A stretch of 64,000 nt of DNA, taken from assembly GCF_030684315.1 (NCBI RefSeq), contig NC_081358.1, forward strand, positions 2,108,001 through 2,172,000. The letters run 5' to 3'. Positions 63,781 to 64,000 of the stretch are shown here, piece after piece. Origin of the DNA: Stegostoma tigrinum (lineage: Eukaryota). The stretch's first letter is position 1, and every line of letters begins with the position of its first letter. The notes under the pieces are model-generated. The model saw nothing but the letters and a program-made list of their open reading frames with translations. It made no database searches and had not been told where the DNA came from. The position numbers and the translations under genes were made by a program.

Positions 63781-64000
63781 TATCTCCACAAGGAGAACCA
63801 CCATTTCGACTGGGACAAGCTAGGCAGAGACAGGCATGAGAATTTCTAGAAGCCAGGCACTCCACAAAGCATGCCTTTAATGAACACTTAAAACTCGATC
63901 CATATATATTCTACCACGAAGGAAATCTGGAAGTGAGGTAATCCAGCTCAACAGACCCCAGAGTTTAAAAACCAGGCGGGAAAACACACCGATGCTTCAT
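63781..64000 (+). mobile_element. Penelope-like element endonuclease C-terminus and 3' region (a further lineage), runs off the window
   Basis: ENHHFDWD...EFLEA.HSTKHAFNEHLKLDP resembles the C-terminal GIY-YIG region of Poseidon/Penelope-type PLEs. Confidence 0.55.

Overview
This is vertebrate genomic DNA, most likely from a shark or other elasmobranch, judged from V-SINE/HE1-like SINEs, HER1/CR1 LINEs and hammerhead-bearing Penelope elements. It carries the 5' part of one plus-strand gene, a DPY19L1-family C-mannosyltransferase that looks like the fish dpy19l1l paralog. I traced 15 coding exons from a CpG-island ATG at 4369 to 45813. All have GT-AG boundaries and keep phase, giving 1449 nt (483 codons) with no stop. 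I could not recognise the remaining exons in the last 18 kb. The rest is intron and upstream sequence filled with CR1 LINE fragments, a CR1/L2-type LINE family, tRNA-derived SINEs and several Penelope-like retroelement (PLE) lineages. Main observations: (1) PLE pseudo-LTRs with minimal hammerhead ribozyme cores, including a series of short asymmetric fold-back insertions with 9-15 bp target-site duplications. (2) Exon 3, which encodes the probable catalytic Glu, is boxed between two PLE insertions; one duplicated its likely branch-point region, and together they form an inverted repeat around the exon. (3) A ~1.8 kb G-tract minisatellite starts 26 nt into intron 1. (4) An 18-bp-periodic array of RFX-like GTTGCTAGG half-sites lies in the promoter. 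(5) A 125-bp locally templated patch replaces the RT domain of an old CR1. Most long ORFs in the supplied track are repeat-derived, not genes.
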